This document shows positions 1-9,357 of a stretch of 46,933 nt of DNA, piece after piece. Origin of the DNA: Candidatus Yanofskybacteria bacterium RIFCSPHIGHO2_01_FULL_41_26 (GTDB lineage: Bacteria > Patescibacteriota > Minisyncoccia > 2-02-FULL-40-12 > GWA2-44-9); assembly GCA_001794055.1 (NCBI GenBank), contig MGJB01000002.1:1-46933 (forward strand), written 5' to 3'. Below the pieces are notes generated by a model. That model did no database searches. It was not told where the DNA came from and worked only from the letters and a program-made list of their open reading frames with translations. How positions within the stretch are numbered: position 1 is the first letter of the stretch; every line of letters starts with the position of its first letter. Position numbers and translations under genes: made by a program.

Positions 1-408
1 GTCTTTATCAGACAAAGAACTTCTAATATTTACTTTGGCTTGATTGAATATGTCAATAATACCCAAAGCGATTCTTGCCTGCCTCTGCTTTAAAAGCAGA
101 TGGGGTAGTAATCGCTCAAGCGTTATTTTTAAATCCGATCGTTTCTGAATTACTAATTCAGACAAGTTATGAGTTCTTGTTTCTCTGACATTGCCAATAT
201 TGCCTAATGCTTTCTTGAGAAGAAACATCATGTTCTTATGTCTCACGTGTTGCGTAAAATTTATTTTTAATCTTACGCGAAAAGGAAATCTTCTTCTACC
301 AGGCAACTTTTCAACATGTGCGCTAATAGAACCATCTCCATCTAAAAAGCCGGCAATATACCCATCAGATACATATTTACTATTAACTTCCCATGGCGTT
401 GTCTCCAT
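1..408 (-). CDS. LAGLIDADG homing endonuclease (single motif visible), intron-encoded, runs off the window start
   Basis: Manual translation METTPWEVNSKYVSDGYIAGFLDGDGSI...FRVRLKINFTQ...LLPHLLLKQRQA. YIAGFLDGDG is a LAGLIDADG helix. No stop before position 1. Alternative in-frame ATG at 426. Absent from the ORF track because it is truncated. Confidence 0.9.
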   Translation of the reverse strand, partial: METTPWEVNSKYVSDGYIAGFLDGDGSISAHVEKLPGRRRFPFRVRLKINFTQHVRHKNMMFLLKKALGNIGNVRETRTHNLSELVIQKRSDLKITLERLLPHLLLKQRQARIALGIIDIFNQAKVNIRSSLSDKD

Positions 409-527
409 ATATGGTAATAATATCATGCCCGTAAATTTACGGATACAATATTTATCAACAGAAGGTTTCACCATTATAAGCTAGATTTTACTAAGAAATT
501 ACTTTCTTAGGAGACTACTTTTATTTA
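1..527 (-). mobile_element. Group I intron in 16S rRNA (5' part only), inserted near E. coli position 328
   Basis: 16S similarity stops after GGAACTGAGAT. Exon end GAGAU can pair with intron GUCUC (P1, U-G at the splice site). P4 pairing AUGGUG (474-469) with CGCCAU (398-393). Contains a LAGLIDADG ORF. Confidence 0.8.
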
Positions 528-836
528 ATCTCAGTTCCATCGTTGAGGGTCGTGCTCTCACACCCCCTACCCGTCATAGCCTTGGTGGGCCATTACCCCG
601 CCAACAAGCTGATAGGATCTAGGCCGCTTCCGAAGCGAATTGCTTCTTTACCCTTACGAGACTATCGGAAATTAATTCGCCTTTCGGCGAGTTATATCCG
701 ACTTCGGAGTACGTACCAAGATGTTACTAACTCGTTCGCCGTGGTGTCAAAGTATTGCTACTCTGCGCCACTCGACTTGCATGACTTATCCGTGCCGCCA
801 GCGTTCATCCTGAGCCAGAATCAAACTCTCTTAAAA
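528..836 (-). rRNA. rrs: 16S rRNA, 5' exon
   Basis: Reverse complement reads AGAGTTTGATTCTGGCTCAGGATGAACGCTGGCGGC...CATGCAAGTCGAG...TCAGCTTGTTGGCGGGGTAATGGCCCACCAAGGC...GGAACTGAGA. The 5' end is approximate. Confidence 0.97.
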
Positions 837-1024
837 AATAGATACTAAATTATAAAATAATTTAGACCTAAGAATTCACTGGTTAAACTGTACAAAATTG
901 GGAAAGTTCAGGTTATTCTACTCCTCCACTTGAAGGAATAATATAACCACGATTAGCCCCAGTGGAACCAATCGTGGTTATACAATTCGTATTCGGTTTT
1001 AATTGTCACTACATATTAATACCC

Positions 1025-1053
1025 ATATTATTCCAAATCAATTTTAATGTCAA
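1025..1053 (-). promoter_or_regulatory. sigma70-type promoter for the 16S gene
   Basis: TTGACA-17 bp-TAATAT on the minus strand, about 190 bp upstream of the 16S start. Confidence 0.65.
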
Positions 1054-1061
1054 TCATCACC

Positions 1062-1195
1062 TTATTTCAATAGTTCACACAACCTCTATGCATGCTGCGG
1101 AGCATACTTTTCTGAAATACTACTGATTTCATAAAAGCATGCTCCCTCCGCCGGTTGCTTTAGTGTTAGGCGGTGATTGACCATAGAGATTCAAA
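1062..1195. repeat. Structured dispersed repeat, family A, full copy
   Basis: CACAACCTCTATGCATG...CCCTCCGCCGGTTG...CCATAGAGATTCAAA aligns end to end with 21551-21686. Confidence 0.85.
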
Positions 1196-1267
1196 TTATT
1201 CTGAAATAAAATCAACAGGGCTGCGCTTAATAAAAACAAAAACTCGCCCGTAGGCGAGAAAATGGAA

Positions 1268-1477
1268 CTAAAACAGAATTGCCGAAAGAAGAAGAGTCAT
1301 TAGCCATGATTCATAATAGCTAATCTGTCGAAAGTTAAATAATTGTGGCAATAGTTCTGGCAGAAATATATTCCATACCAGCATCAGTAAAAGAGCTTTA
1401 ATCGGTGACACCATGAGTGTCACAAAGACTAACTTAAGGGTCTTTTCAAGAGATTTTGCCACCCTGTCTCTGAACAT
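1268..1477 (-). CDS. Small hydrophobic membrane protein (stand-alone unit)
   Basis: 69-aa ORF with AGGAGGAGG SD, own promoter TTGACA-17-TATATT (1538-1510) and terminator hairpin CTCGCC/GGCGAG at about 1243-1258. Confidence 0.75.
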   Translation of the reverse strand: MFRDRVAKSLEKTLKLVFVTLMVSPIKALLLMLVWNIFLPELLPQLFNFRQISYYESWLMTLLLSAILF

Positions 1478-1553
1478 CTAAACCTCCTCCTGCTTTCAAT
1501 CTATTTTATAATATACACGATAACTTATGCCGTGTCAATATCAAACGTATCAA

Positions 1554-2246
1554 CTATCTAGATTTTTTGGTCCTCCACTCTTCTATGCTTTTATGGTTCC
1601 CGGAAAGCAAAACTGGGGGTACTTTCAGCTTTTTTCCGCCCAACATAAACACTTTAGGACGAGTATAATGAGGGTGCTCTCTATAAGAGTTTACAGTTTT
1701 CAGTTTACTGTTTACAGAAACAGAGAAGCTTTCATTTTTTATAGATTCTTCTTTGGCAACCACTCCCGGAATCAATCTTAAAATGGTTTCAATTATTACC
1801 ATCGTAGGAACTTCTCCGCCAAATAAAACATAATTTCCAATGGATATTTCTTCATCGGCAACATGTTTGGCAACTCTTTCATCTACTCCCTCATAGCGCC
1901 CACAGATAAAAATTATCTGGTCATATTTGGCTAATCTTCGAACATCATTTTGGGTAAATGTTTCCCCCTTAGCTGATAGTAGGATTGTCCTCGTTTTACG
2001 TTTTACGCTTTTCGCTTTTCGCTTTAAAAATTGAACCGCTTTCCAGATGGGTTCAATTTTTAAAACCATCCCCGCTCCCCCACCATATGGCCGACCGTCT
2101 ACGGTCTTATGATTATCATCAGTCCATTTTCTTAAATTATGTAAATTTATTTTTATCAGTTTTTTCTTCTGCGCCCGCGCCAAAAGCGACTCGCTGACGA
2201 ATCCTTTAAATAAGTCCGGAAAAATTGTGATGATATCGAATTTCAT
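1554..2246 (-). CDS. trmD: tRNA (guanine37-N1)-methyltransferase
   Basis: MKFDIITIFP, VDGRPYGGGAGMV, ICGRYEGVDERV, SIGNYVLFGGE, HYTRP, VPPVLLSGNH. Confidence 0.97.
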   Translation of the reverse strand: MKFDIITIFPDLFKGFVSESLLARAQKKKLIKINLHNLRKWTDDNHKTVDGRPYGGGAGMVLKIEPIWKAVQFLKRKAKSVKRKTRTILLSAKGETFTQNDVRRLAKYDQIIFICGRYEGVDERVAKHVADEEISIGNYVLFGGEVPTMVIIETILRLIPGVVAKEESIKNESFSVSVNSKLKTVNSYREHPHYTRPKVFMLGGKKLKVPPVLLSGNHKSIEEWRTKKSR

Positions 2247-2359
2247 GAATTTAATATTATACCATAAAAATAGGAATTAAAAAGCAATCTCGCTCCGCCC
2301 CATCATTTTTCTGATCATAATCCTCATCTCGTCATTCGCTTCAAGATATTAGTTTTTTG

Positions 2360-2482
2360 TTTGATCTTCTCTTGCTAAATATCACCTGTCACCAAAACGG
2401 ACTTTGGCGGAGGGCGTGTGCCAATACAATGGGGGTCTTTGTGATACAAAGACCCCCATTGTATTTCTGAAATGTTGCAACC
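2360..2482. repeat. Family A repeat, diverged copy carrying a different perfect palindrome
   Basis: TTTGATC..TTGCTAA..TCACCTG..GGCGGAGGGCGTGTGC matches the reverse complement of family A. It is followed by the perfect inverted repeat AATACAATGGGGGTCTTTGT-GAT-ACAAAGACCCCCATTGTATT. Confidence 0.6.
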
Positions 2483-2511
2483 AAAAACCGCCGAAAAGGC
2501 GGTTTTTGGTT
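2479..2511 (-). terminator. Intrinsic terminator after khpA
   Basis: AACCAAAAACCGCC-loop-GGCGGTTTTTGGTT hairpin just past the stop codon. Confidence 0.75.
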
Positions 2512-2516
2512 GGGAT

Positions 2517-2837
2517 TTATAAATTACCCAATTCCCCCATAACGTCATCAACATTCTTTGTCTTTCCGACTGGTGCAACTCTGCCACCTTCCGGTTCCTC
2601 AATCTTGAGGTTAACTCTGGCGTTGTTTCTCATCCCAACAATTCTTGCCAAAGTTCTGACGGCCTTTGCGGTTGAACCGCTTCTTCCGATAAGCAATCCC
2701 ATATCTTCGGGAGCTACTTTGACTGTAAGCAAGACACCGAGTTCATCAACAGTCCTGTCTACCTTTACAGCATCGGGATTGTTGACGATTTCTTTTATAA
2801 TAAACGTAACAAATTCCTGATCTCGATCTTTAGCCAT
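2517..2837 (-). CDS. khpA: KH-domain RNA-binding protein (KhpA/UPF0109)
   Basis: VAPEDMGLLIGRSGSTAKAVRTL (GxxG KH loop); adjacent to trmD. Confidence 0.9.
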   Translation of the reverse strand: MAKDRDQEFVTFIIKEIVNNPDAVKVDRTVDELGVLLTVKVAPEDMGLLIGRSGSTAKAVRTLARIVGMRNNARVNLKIEEPEGGRVAPVGKTKNVDDVMGELGNL

Positions 2838-2955
2838 TTTTCATAAACTGGTCTTTCAACTATAGTTCAAATATATTCAACAATAGCCGATTTTCCAGTA
2901 AATTATTATCTTTCGACCAAGCCCATCAAACAGGCTTTATTATTAATATCTTACT

Positions 2956-5370
2956 CTAAATCACGATATTTGTCAATCGATTTTTGACGTAAATAAATTT
3001 CTTTATATCTTTTCCAACAAGATATTTTTTGATATTTTCGTTGCCCAAAACGATTCTTTTTACCTCTTCCTCCGATAATCCTTTTGTAATTTTCAGTACG
3101 TCTCGTTTTGTTCCATTTACCTGGATAACTAAATCAACTGGGCCATCTATTAGTAACGCTTCATCGTATTGAGGCCAGGCTTCAAGGTGAATAGATTTTT
3201 TATTTTTCAAAACGGTCTGCCAAAGCTCTTCGGTGATGTGTGGTGCAAAAGGCGCAAGAAGTTTGAGAAATGTTCCAAACTGTTTTTTTGTTAGCCACTT
3301 GTCTTCTAAAGCATTGAGGAGTTTCATCAATCCGCTCACTCCGGTATTGAATTTCAAATCCCTGATGTCGCCCCCTATTTCTTTCGTGGCTTTATTCAAT
3401 ATTTTATCAACCTCTTTGTCAGATACCTTGGGTTCTGTCGGTTTATCTATAAAATTCCAAATCCTGTTTAAAAATCTGAAGACTCCTTGAATTCCATCGG
3501 TATTCCACGGTCCGCCTTGGTCATATGGCCCCATAAACGACAGATACATTCTTATTGTATCAGCGCCGAATTTTTTAACCTCAATGTCCGGATCTACAAC
3601 ATTACCCCGCGATTTAGACATTTTCTGGTTATCAGGACCGAGAATTACTCCGTGATTTCTACGAGTCAAATACGGCTCGTCAAAATCCAAATAGCCCAAA
3701 TCGTGCAGGGCTTTAGTAATAAACCTTGAATATAAAAGATGCATGGTATTATGCTCCGCTCCACCGATATACAGCGGTACCGGCAGCCATGCCCGCAGTT
3801 TTTTCTTATCGGCAAACTCTTTTTGATTAATAGGGTCGGCATAACGCAGGAAATACCAGGATGAATCAACAAAAGTATCCATGGTATCGGTTTCTCTTTC
3901 GGCATCCTGTCCACATTTGGAACATTTAGCCATTGTCCAACCTTCTGCTTTTGCTAAAGGAGAACGGCCGTCGTCGGTGGGTTTAAAATCCTCAAGCACA
4001 GGAAGCTCAACTGGCAAATCTTTTTCCGGAACTGGCTGATAGCCGCACTTGTCGCAGTGAATCATCGGTATCGGTACGCCCCAGTATCTCTGGCGGGACA
4101 AAACCCAGTCATGCAATTTGTAATTCTTTTTAAAATCGGCCAAGCCCTTCTCCTTTAATTTATCTACAATTTTTTTCCGGGCTTCTTTAGAAAACACGCC
4201 TTCAAATTCTCCGGAATTAATTAAATCTCCCTCGTCTTCATATGCGCCGTCTTCCGTTCCTTCTGGTTGTGCCATTGCAACAACCTTTTCAATAGACAAA
4301 TCAAATTTCTTGGCAAAGTCCCAATCCCTCTCATCATGTGCCGGAACAGCCATCACTGCTCCTGTTCCATACCAACCGATAACATAATCGGCAACCCAGA
4401 CAGGAATCTTTTCGTTATTAATCGGATTAACAACATACCCGCCCGTATTCACACCTGTTTTGGATTTATCAATATATAAACGCTCAATCTCTGTTTTATT
4501 TTTTACCTCTTCCAGATACTTATTTATGGTATCCAAGTTTTCATCTTTGGTAAGTTTTGTTACCATCGGATGCTCGGGAGCAAGAACAAGATATGTCGCA
4601 CCAAATAAAGTATCGGCGCGGGTAGTGAACACTTCTATATATTCCTGGCCCCCTTTTGAAAATTTAGAATTGAAAATTGGAAATTTCAAAAGCGCCCCCT
4701 CGGAACGGCCTATCCAGTTTCTTTGGGCAACCCTGACTGTTTCCGGATAATCAACTTTATCCAAGTCGTCAAGCAACCTATCGGCATAATCCGTGATCTT
4801 AAACATCCATTGGAAGAGTTCTTTTTGTTCAACTTCTGTTCCGCATCGGTCACAATGACCGTCTTTGACCTGTTCATTGGCCAACACTGTTTTATCTTTC
4901 GGACACCAGTTTACGAAAGTCTTTTCTCTGTATGCCAATCCTTTTTCGTACATTTTTAAAAAAATCCACTGCGTCCACTTATAGTATGCGGGATCAATAG
5001 TTGAAACTGCCCGGGACCAATCAAACATAGCCCCTGTGTTCTTTAATTGCTTGGTCATTTGCTTGATATTATCTTCCGTCCAGTCGCGAGGATTAATGTT
5101 CCTCTGAATGGCCGCGTTCTCCGCCGGCAGGCCGAAAGCATCAAATCCGGTCGGATACAAAACATTATGTCCGGTCATTTTCAAATAGCGGGCCAAAATA
5201 TCGGGCACCGAAAATGCCAGCCAGTGGCCGATATGGAGATTGCCGGAAGGATAGGCAAACTCCGTAAGCAACATATAATTGTTTTTTCCTTCTTTTGTAT
5301 GATAAAACTTCTTGGCTTCCCAATATCTCTGCCATTTTTTTTCAATTTTTTCGGGATTGTATTTAGGCAT
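2956..5370 (-). CDS. leuS: Leucine--tRNA ligase
   Basis: YPSGNLHIGH, GFDAFGLPAEN, editing domain FTTRADTLFG and GTGAVMAVPAHD, KMSKS. Confidence 0.98.
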   Translation of the reverse strand: MPKYNPEKIEKKWQRYWEAKKFYHTKEGKNNYMLLTEFAYPSGNLHIGHWLAFSVPDILARYLKMTGHNVLYPTGFDAFGLPAENAAIQRNINPRDWTEDNIKQMTKQLKNTGAMFDWSRAVSTIDPAYYKWTQWIFLKMYEKGLAYREKTFVNWCPKDKTVLANEQVKDGHCDRCGTEVEQKELFQWMFKITDYADRLLDDLDKVDYPETVRVAQRNWIGRSEGALLKFPIFNSKFSKGGQEYIEVFTTRADTLFGATYLVLAPEHPMVTKLTKDENLDTINKYLEEVKNKTEIERLYIDKSKTGVNTGGYVVNPINNEKIPVWVADYVIGWYGTGAVMAVPAHDERDWDFAKKFDLSIEKVVAMAQPEGTEDGAYEDEGDLINSGEFEGVFSKEARKKIVDKLKEKGLADFKKNYKLHDWVLSRQRYWGVPIPMIHCDKCGYQPVPEKDLPVELPVLEDFKPTDDGRSPLAKAEGWTMAKCSKCGQDAERETDTMDTFVDSSWYFLRYADPINQKEFADKKKLRAWLPVPLYIGGAEHNTMHLLYSRFITKALHDLGYLDFDEPYLTRRNHGVILGPDNQKMSKSRGNVVDPDIEVKKFGADTIRMYLSFMGPYDQGGPWNTDGIQGVFRFLNRIWNFIDKPTEPKVSDKEVDKILNKATKEIGGDIRDLKFNTGVSGLMKLLNALEDKWLTKKQFGTFLKLLAPFAPHITEELWQTVLKNKKSIHLEAWPQYDEALLIDGPVDLVIQVNGTKRDVLKITKGLSEEEVKRIVLGNENIKKYLVGKDIKKFIYVKNRLTNIVI

Positions 5371-6151
5371 TCAACTTAAACAAATTCTGACAGTTTTTTG
5401 TCGTTTGTTCAATTACTTTTTCGTAGGACTCGTTTTTCAGTTCGGCAACCTTTTTTGCCACTTCAATTACATATGCCGGTTCGTTTCTTTTGCCTCTATG
5501 TGGTTCGGGGGTTAAATATGGAGCATCAGTTTCAAGAAGCATTCTTTCTAAAGGAACATCACGAACTATCTCGTCATACTGACGAGCGAATGTCACAATT
5601 CCATTAAATCCAACATACAGTCCAAGATCAAGAAACTGTTTAGCCTCTTCCAAGGAACCGGTATATGAATGAATGACTCCTCCGTTAGCGACATAGTTGC
5701 CATTTTTCAATATCTCGATCATGTCCGGATAAGCTCGCCCACTGCTGCCGGCCTTAGAGTCGCGACAATGCAAAATCAAGGACACTTTCATTTCTTTTGA
5801 TAATTCTAATTGTTGGATAAATCTTTTTTTCTGAAATTTCTGGTCTTCGGATTTTTTGGTCCGGTAATAATCCAAACCTATTTCTCCGAATGCAACCACC
5901 TTGTTCTGCTGCAATAATTCTCGATATTTTTCTGGTTCAAACTTTTCATTTAAATTATCATTCGGATGCAATCCAACTGAAGCCCACATGCCTTCATGTT
6001 TTTGAGTCAATTCAATCGCTTGTTTTGAGGTTTCCAAATCCGTCCCTACACAAATCACAAAAACATCCTCTTCCAAGGCTCGGTTAATGACTTCCTCGCG
6101 GTCTTTGTCATATTGAGCCATCTGCGGATGGCAATGAGAATCAAAAATCAT
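5363..6151 (-). CDS. tatD: TatD family DNase/hydrolase
   Basis: DSHCH, GLHP, GEIGLDY, LHCR, IHSY, LETDAPYL, RGKRNEP. Confidence 0.95.
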   Translation of the reverse strand: MIFDSHCHPQMAQYDKDREEVINRALEEDVFVICVGTDLETSKQAIELTQKHEGMWASVGLHPNDNLNEKFEPEKYRELLQQNKVVAFGEIGLDYYRTKKSEDQKFQKKRFIQQLELSKEMKVSLILHCRDSKAGSSGRAYPDMIEILKNGNYVANGGVIHSYTGSLEEAKQFLDLGLYVGFNGIVTFARQYDEIVRDVPLERMLLETDAPYLTPEPHRGKRNEPAYVIEVAKKVAELKNESYEKVIEQTTKNCQNLFKLNA

Positions 6152-7641
6152 TTTAATCTTGGAAATAGTCCTTCTTCCTTCTTCACTTTAAACTTGTAAT
6201 TTTCGGGAATTTCTTTGTTTGACAAGTCGTCTCCGAATATTTTTGCAATTTTATCGGCAGTTTCTGGCATGAATGGCTGAAGCAACCAAGCAATGTCGTG
6301 CATACTATCAATTAAATTAGTCATGGTTTCTAAAAAATTGCTTGGATTTTCTTTTGTTTCTACCCACGGTTTTCTATCATCCACATATTGATTTGCTTTG
6401 GAAATTAACTTCCAAATTTCTCCCAACGCATCATGCAATCTGAATTCTTCTATTGAATCTTGATATTTTGCTTGAGTTATTAATTCATCGTTTGTGATTT
6501 TGTCTTTATCATAGATTAACTCACCATCAAGACTATTCTCAATCAATGTTGCCACTCTCTGAACCAAATTCCCCAATCCATTTGCCAAATCACCATTATA
6601 TCTTTCCCCCAATTTTTTATATGAAAAGTCACCATCGTCTCCTGATGGAATTTCCCGCAACAGGAAATATCTGACCACTTCAGCACCGTATTTTTCTATA
6701 ACATTAAAGGGGTCTATGGTATTACCCAAAGATTTAGATATCTTCTCGCCATCAATATTCACATATCCATGCACAAAAACCTTTCTTGGTAACACAAGAC
6801 CGGCTGACGTAAGCATTGCCGGCCAATATATTGTATGGAAGCGATTAACACCTTTGCCAAACAGATGAGTTACATATCCATTCTGCCAATAATCCTGAAA
6901 TTTTTGCGTATCATCTGCATACCCAAGAGCGTTGACATAACAGGTTAGAGCATCAAACCAAACATATTGAATCTGTTCATCGTCCCCTGGTACTGGGATC
7001 CCCCAATTTTTTGCACGAGTTTTGCTTCTTGATATACTAAAATCTTTCAATCCTTGTTTAATAAACTGTAGGGTTTCGTTTCTTTTGGCTTCGGGAATAA
7101 TGGTCAATTCACCAGATTCAATTAATCTTAAAAGATCTTTTTCGTATTTACTTAATCTGAAAAAATAATTTTCTTCCTCCACAATTTCCGGTTTAATACC
7201 ATGTTCGGGACACTTTTCGTCAACTAAATCTTTCTCGGTTTTAAATTCCTCACAACCGATACAATACAAACCTTTGTAACTTTTCTTGTAAATATCTCCT
7301 CTGCCCATACAGGCCTGCCAAAGTTTTTGAGCTCCTCTTATGTGTCGCTCTTCTGTTGTCCGAATAAAATCATCATTGGAGAGATTTATTACTTTAGTAA
7401 GATCAATAAACTTTTGTGCATGTTTATCTATAAATTCCCTAACAGGAACATTGGTCCTTTCAGCAGCTTGAACATTTTTTAAGGCATTTTCATCAGTTCC
7501 GGTCATGAAAAAAACAGCATCACCCATTAAGCGTTGATATCGAGCAATTACATCGGCTTGAATCAATTCCATAGTAAAGCCAATGTGTGGGTCAGCATTT
7601 ACATACGGGATTGCTGTTGAAATATAAAATTTATTTTTCAT
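6148..7641 (-). CDS. metG: Methionine--tRNA ligase, short form without the C-terminal tRNA-binding domain
   Basis: YISTAIPYVNADPHIG, TGTDE, DFIRTT, YVWFDAL, KISKSLGN. Confidence 0.96.
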   Translation of the reverse strand: MKNKFYISTAIPYVNADPHIGFTMELIQADVIARYQRLMGDAVFFMTGTDENALKNVQAAERTNVPVREFIDKHAQKFIDLTKVINLSNDDFIRTTEERHIRGAQKLWQACMGRGDIYKKSYKGLYCIGCEEFKTEKDLVDEKCPEHGIKPEIVEEENYFFRLSKYEKDLLRLIESGELTIIPEAKRNETLQFIKQGLKDFSISRSKTRAKNWGIPVPGDDEQIQYVWFDALTCYVNALGYADDTQKFQDYWQNGYVTHLFGKGVNRFHTIYWPAMLTSAGLVLPRKVFVHGYVNIDGEKISKSLGNTIDPFNVIEKYGAEVVRYFLLREIPSGDDGDFSYKKLGERYNGDLANGLGNLVQRVATLIENSLDGELIYDKDKITNDELITQAKYQDSIEEFRLHDALGEIWKLISKANQYVDDRKPWVETKENPSNFLETMTNLIDSMHDIAWLLQPFMPETADKIAKIFGDDLSNKEIPENYKFKVKKEEGLFPRLK

Positions 7642-8309
7642 TTTTTGTTTATTACCACCACAAATTCTCCTAAAAGATTTTTATCGGTTAGGCGGGGTTT
7701 TATTTCTGCCAATGTCCCCCGATAAATTGTCTCGAACTGTTTTGTTAACTCTCTGGCAATTACCATTTGTTTATCACCAATCTTAGAAAATTTTTCCAAA
7801 TTTTCCAATGCTTTTAAAATTCTATGCTTGGATTCATAAAACACAATAATGCTGTCAATTTCTGAAATTTTTTTGAAAAATGTTTGACGGCCTTTTTTGT
7901 GAGGTGGGAAACCGAGAAATACGAAAGAGTCCTTAGGAAATCCGCTGATACTTAATGCCGCAATCGCCGCATTCGGCCCGGGTATCGGCACAATTTTCAA
8001 ATTAGGAACTGCTCTCAATGCTTCACTGACCAAATAATTTCCAGGGTCATTTATTCCGGGAGTTCCGGCGTCGGTGACAAGAGCTAAGTTTTTGCCTCTT
8101 TTTAGTAGTTCAATAATGTGGTCTATCTTTTTAAATCCACTATATTGATGGTAACTCAAAATCTCTTTTTTTATATTATATCTGTCGAGCAAAACTTTGG
8201 TAACCCTTGTGTCTTCAGCAAGAACAAGATCGGCATTGCTTAAAACATTAATTGCTCTCAAAGTAATGTCTTCGAGATTTCCAATTGGAGTTGCAACAAT
8301 GGAAAGCAT
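7638..8309 (-). CDS. rsmI: 16S rRNA C1402 2'-O-methyltransferase
   Basis: VATPIGNLEDITLRA, AEDTR, DAGTPGINDPG, ARELTKQFE. Start moved to ATG 8309, which removes the overlap with the upstream gene. Confidence 0.95.
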   Translation of the reverse strand: MLSIVATPIGNLEDITLRAINVLSNADLVLAEDTRVTKVLLDRYNIKKEILSYHQYSGFKKIDHIIELLKRGKNLALVTDAGTPGINDPGNYLVSEALRAVPNLKIVPIPGPNAAIAALSISGFPKDSFVFLGFPPHKKGRQTFFKKISEIDSIIVFYESKHRILKALENLEKFSKIGDKQMVIARELTKQFETIYRGTLAEIKPRLTDKNLLGEFVVVINKK

Positions 8310-8310
8310 A

Positions 8311-9354
8311 TTAAGAACTTTGACGGCGGGAGTCCTTGTGTTTGGCAAAGTCGTCCATCATCTCTACTATTATAGTGGCTATTGGAACTGAGAGTATCAT
8401 TCCTGGAATCCCGGCAAGCTGTTGACCGACTAAAAGGGCAATAATAACAACCACGGGATTTAAACCAATTGTCTTGCCAAGTACTACGGGAACTAAAAGA
8501 TGATTTTCAAGCTGCTGGACTACAATATAAAAGACTATCACCCACAAACCCAGCGCTGGTGACAGAAGAAAAGCAAGAAATATGGCCGGAATAGCAGCCA
8601 AAACTGGACCGACCATCGGAACAATTTCAAGTACAGCGGCAAGAACACCAAGCACAAGAGCAAACTTAATACCCATAAACGAGAGACCGACGTAGACCAA
8701 CAAACCCATTATCAACCCCAGAAGTAACTGCCCCTGAAGCCAAAGACCAACTTTAAGTTCTGCTCTTTTCCAAAGGTTCAACGCATAACCCTCATATTTT
8801 TCCGGAACGATAGAGCCCAGAAAATTCTCAATCCCGTTTTTGGTAACCGACAGATAAAATGAGATTATCAAAATAGCGATAGCTGACATTACGCCTCCAA
8901 AAATATCAATTATCAAACCGAGTATTGATTGGGATGATTGCTGAAGATAATCAGAAAAACCTTGTAATATGTTTTCAATCTCGCTTATGAAATCAAGGTA
9001 TTGGGGCGAACCTTGTTGAACTTTTTCCAAGGAAACAGAAACTTTTGCGACAAACTGGGGCAAAATTGTAACTAATTGGCTTATCTCTTGAGAAACGTAG
9101 GGTATAATAAGCGACAAAACCCCGACAACCAACGCAAGAACTACCAAAAATAAAAGAAGGACTCCGAAAAGGCGTGGAAATTTTTTCTCATCCAGCCAAT
9201 TAGCAAAAGGCGAAATCGCTGATGCAATTATAATGGCGAAAAGAAAAATGATCAAAACATCTTTCAGAACATAGAGAAACACAAAAAACAATATGACCAA
9301 AACAGTCTTTACGATTGTACTTGTATTTATTTCTACGTGTATATGGTCAGGCAT
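8311..9354 (-). CDS. AI-2E family (UPF0118/PerM) transporter
   Basis: Multi-TM protein with WLQGQL, IVPMVGP, QQLENHLLVP, GLNP, GIPGMILSVP. Confidence 0.92.
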   Translation of the reverse strand: MPDHIHVEINTSTIVKTVLVILFFVFLYVLKDVLIIFLFAIIIASAISPFANWLDEKKFPRLFGVLLLFLVVLALVVGVLSLIIPYVSQEISQLVTILPQFVAKVSVSLEKVQQGSPQYLDFISEIENILQGFSDYLQQSSQSILGLIIDIFGGVMSAIAILIISFYLSVTKNGIENFLGSIVPEKYEGYALNLWKRAELKVGLWLQGQLLLGLIMGLLVYVGLSFMGIKFALVLGVLAAVLEIVPMVGPVLAAIPAIFLAFLLSPALGLWVIVFYIVVQQLENHLLVPVVLGKTIGLNPVVVIIALLVGQQLAGIPGMILSVPIATIIVEMMDDFAKHKDSRRQSS

Positions 9355-9357
9355 ATT

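Noticed and set aside
191-848. Plus-strand ORFs 191-484 and 543-848
   Set aside because: Antisense shadows of the homing endonuclease and the 16S rRNA.
2375-2602. 75-aa minus-strand ORF
   Set aside because: Overlaps khpA out of frame and runs through its terminator and a palindromic repeat.
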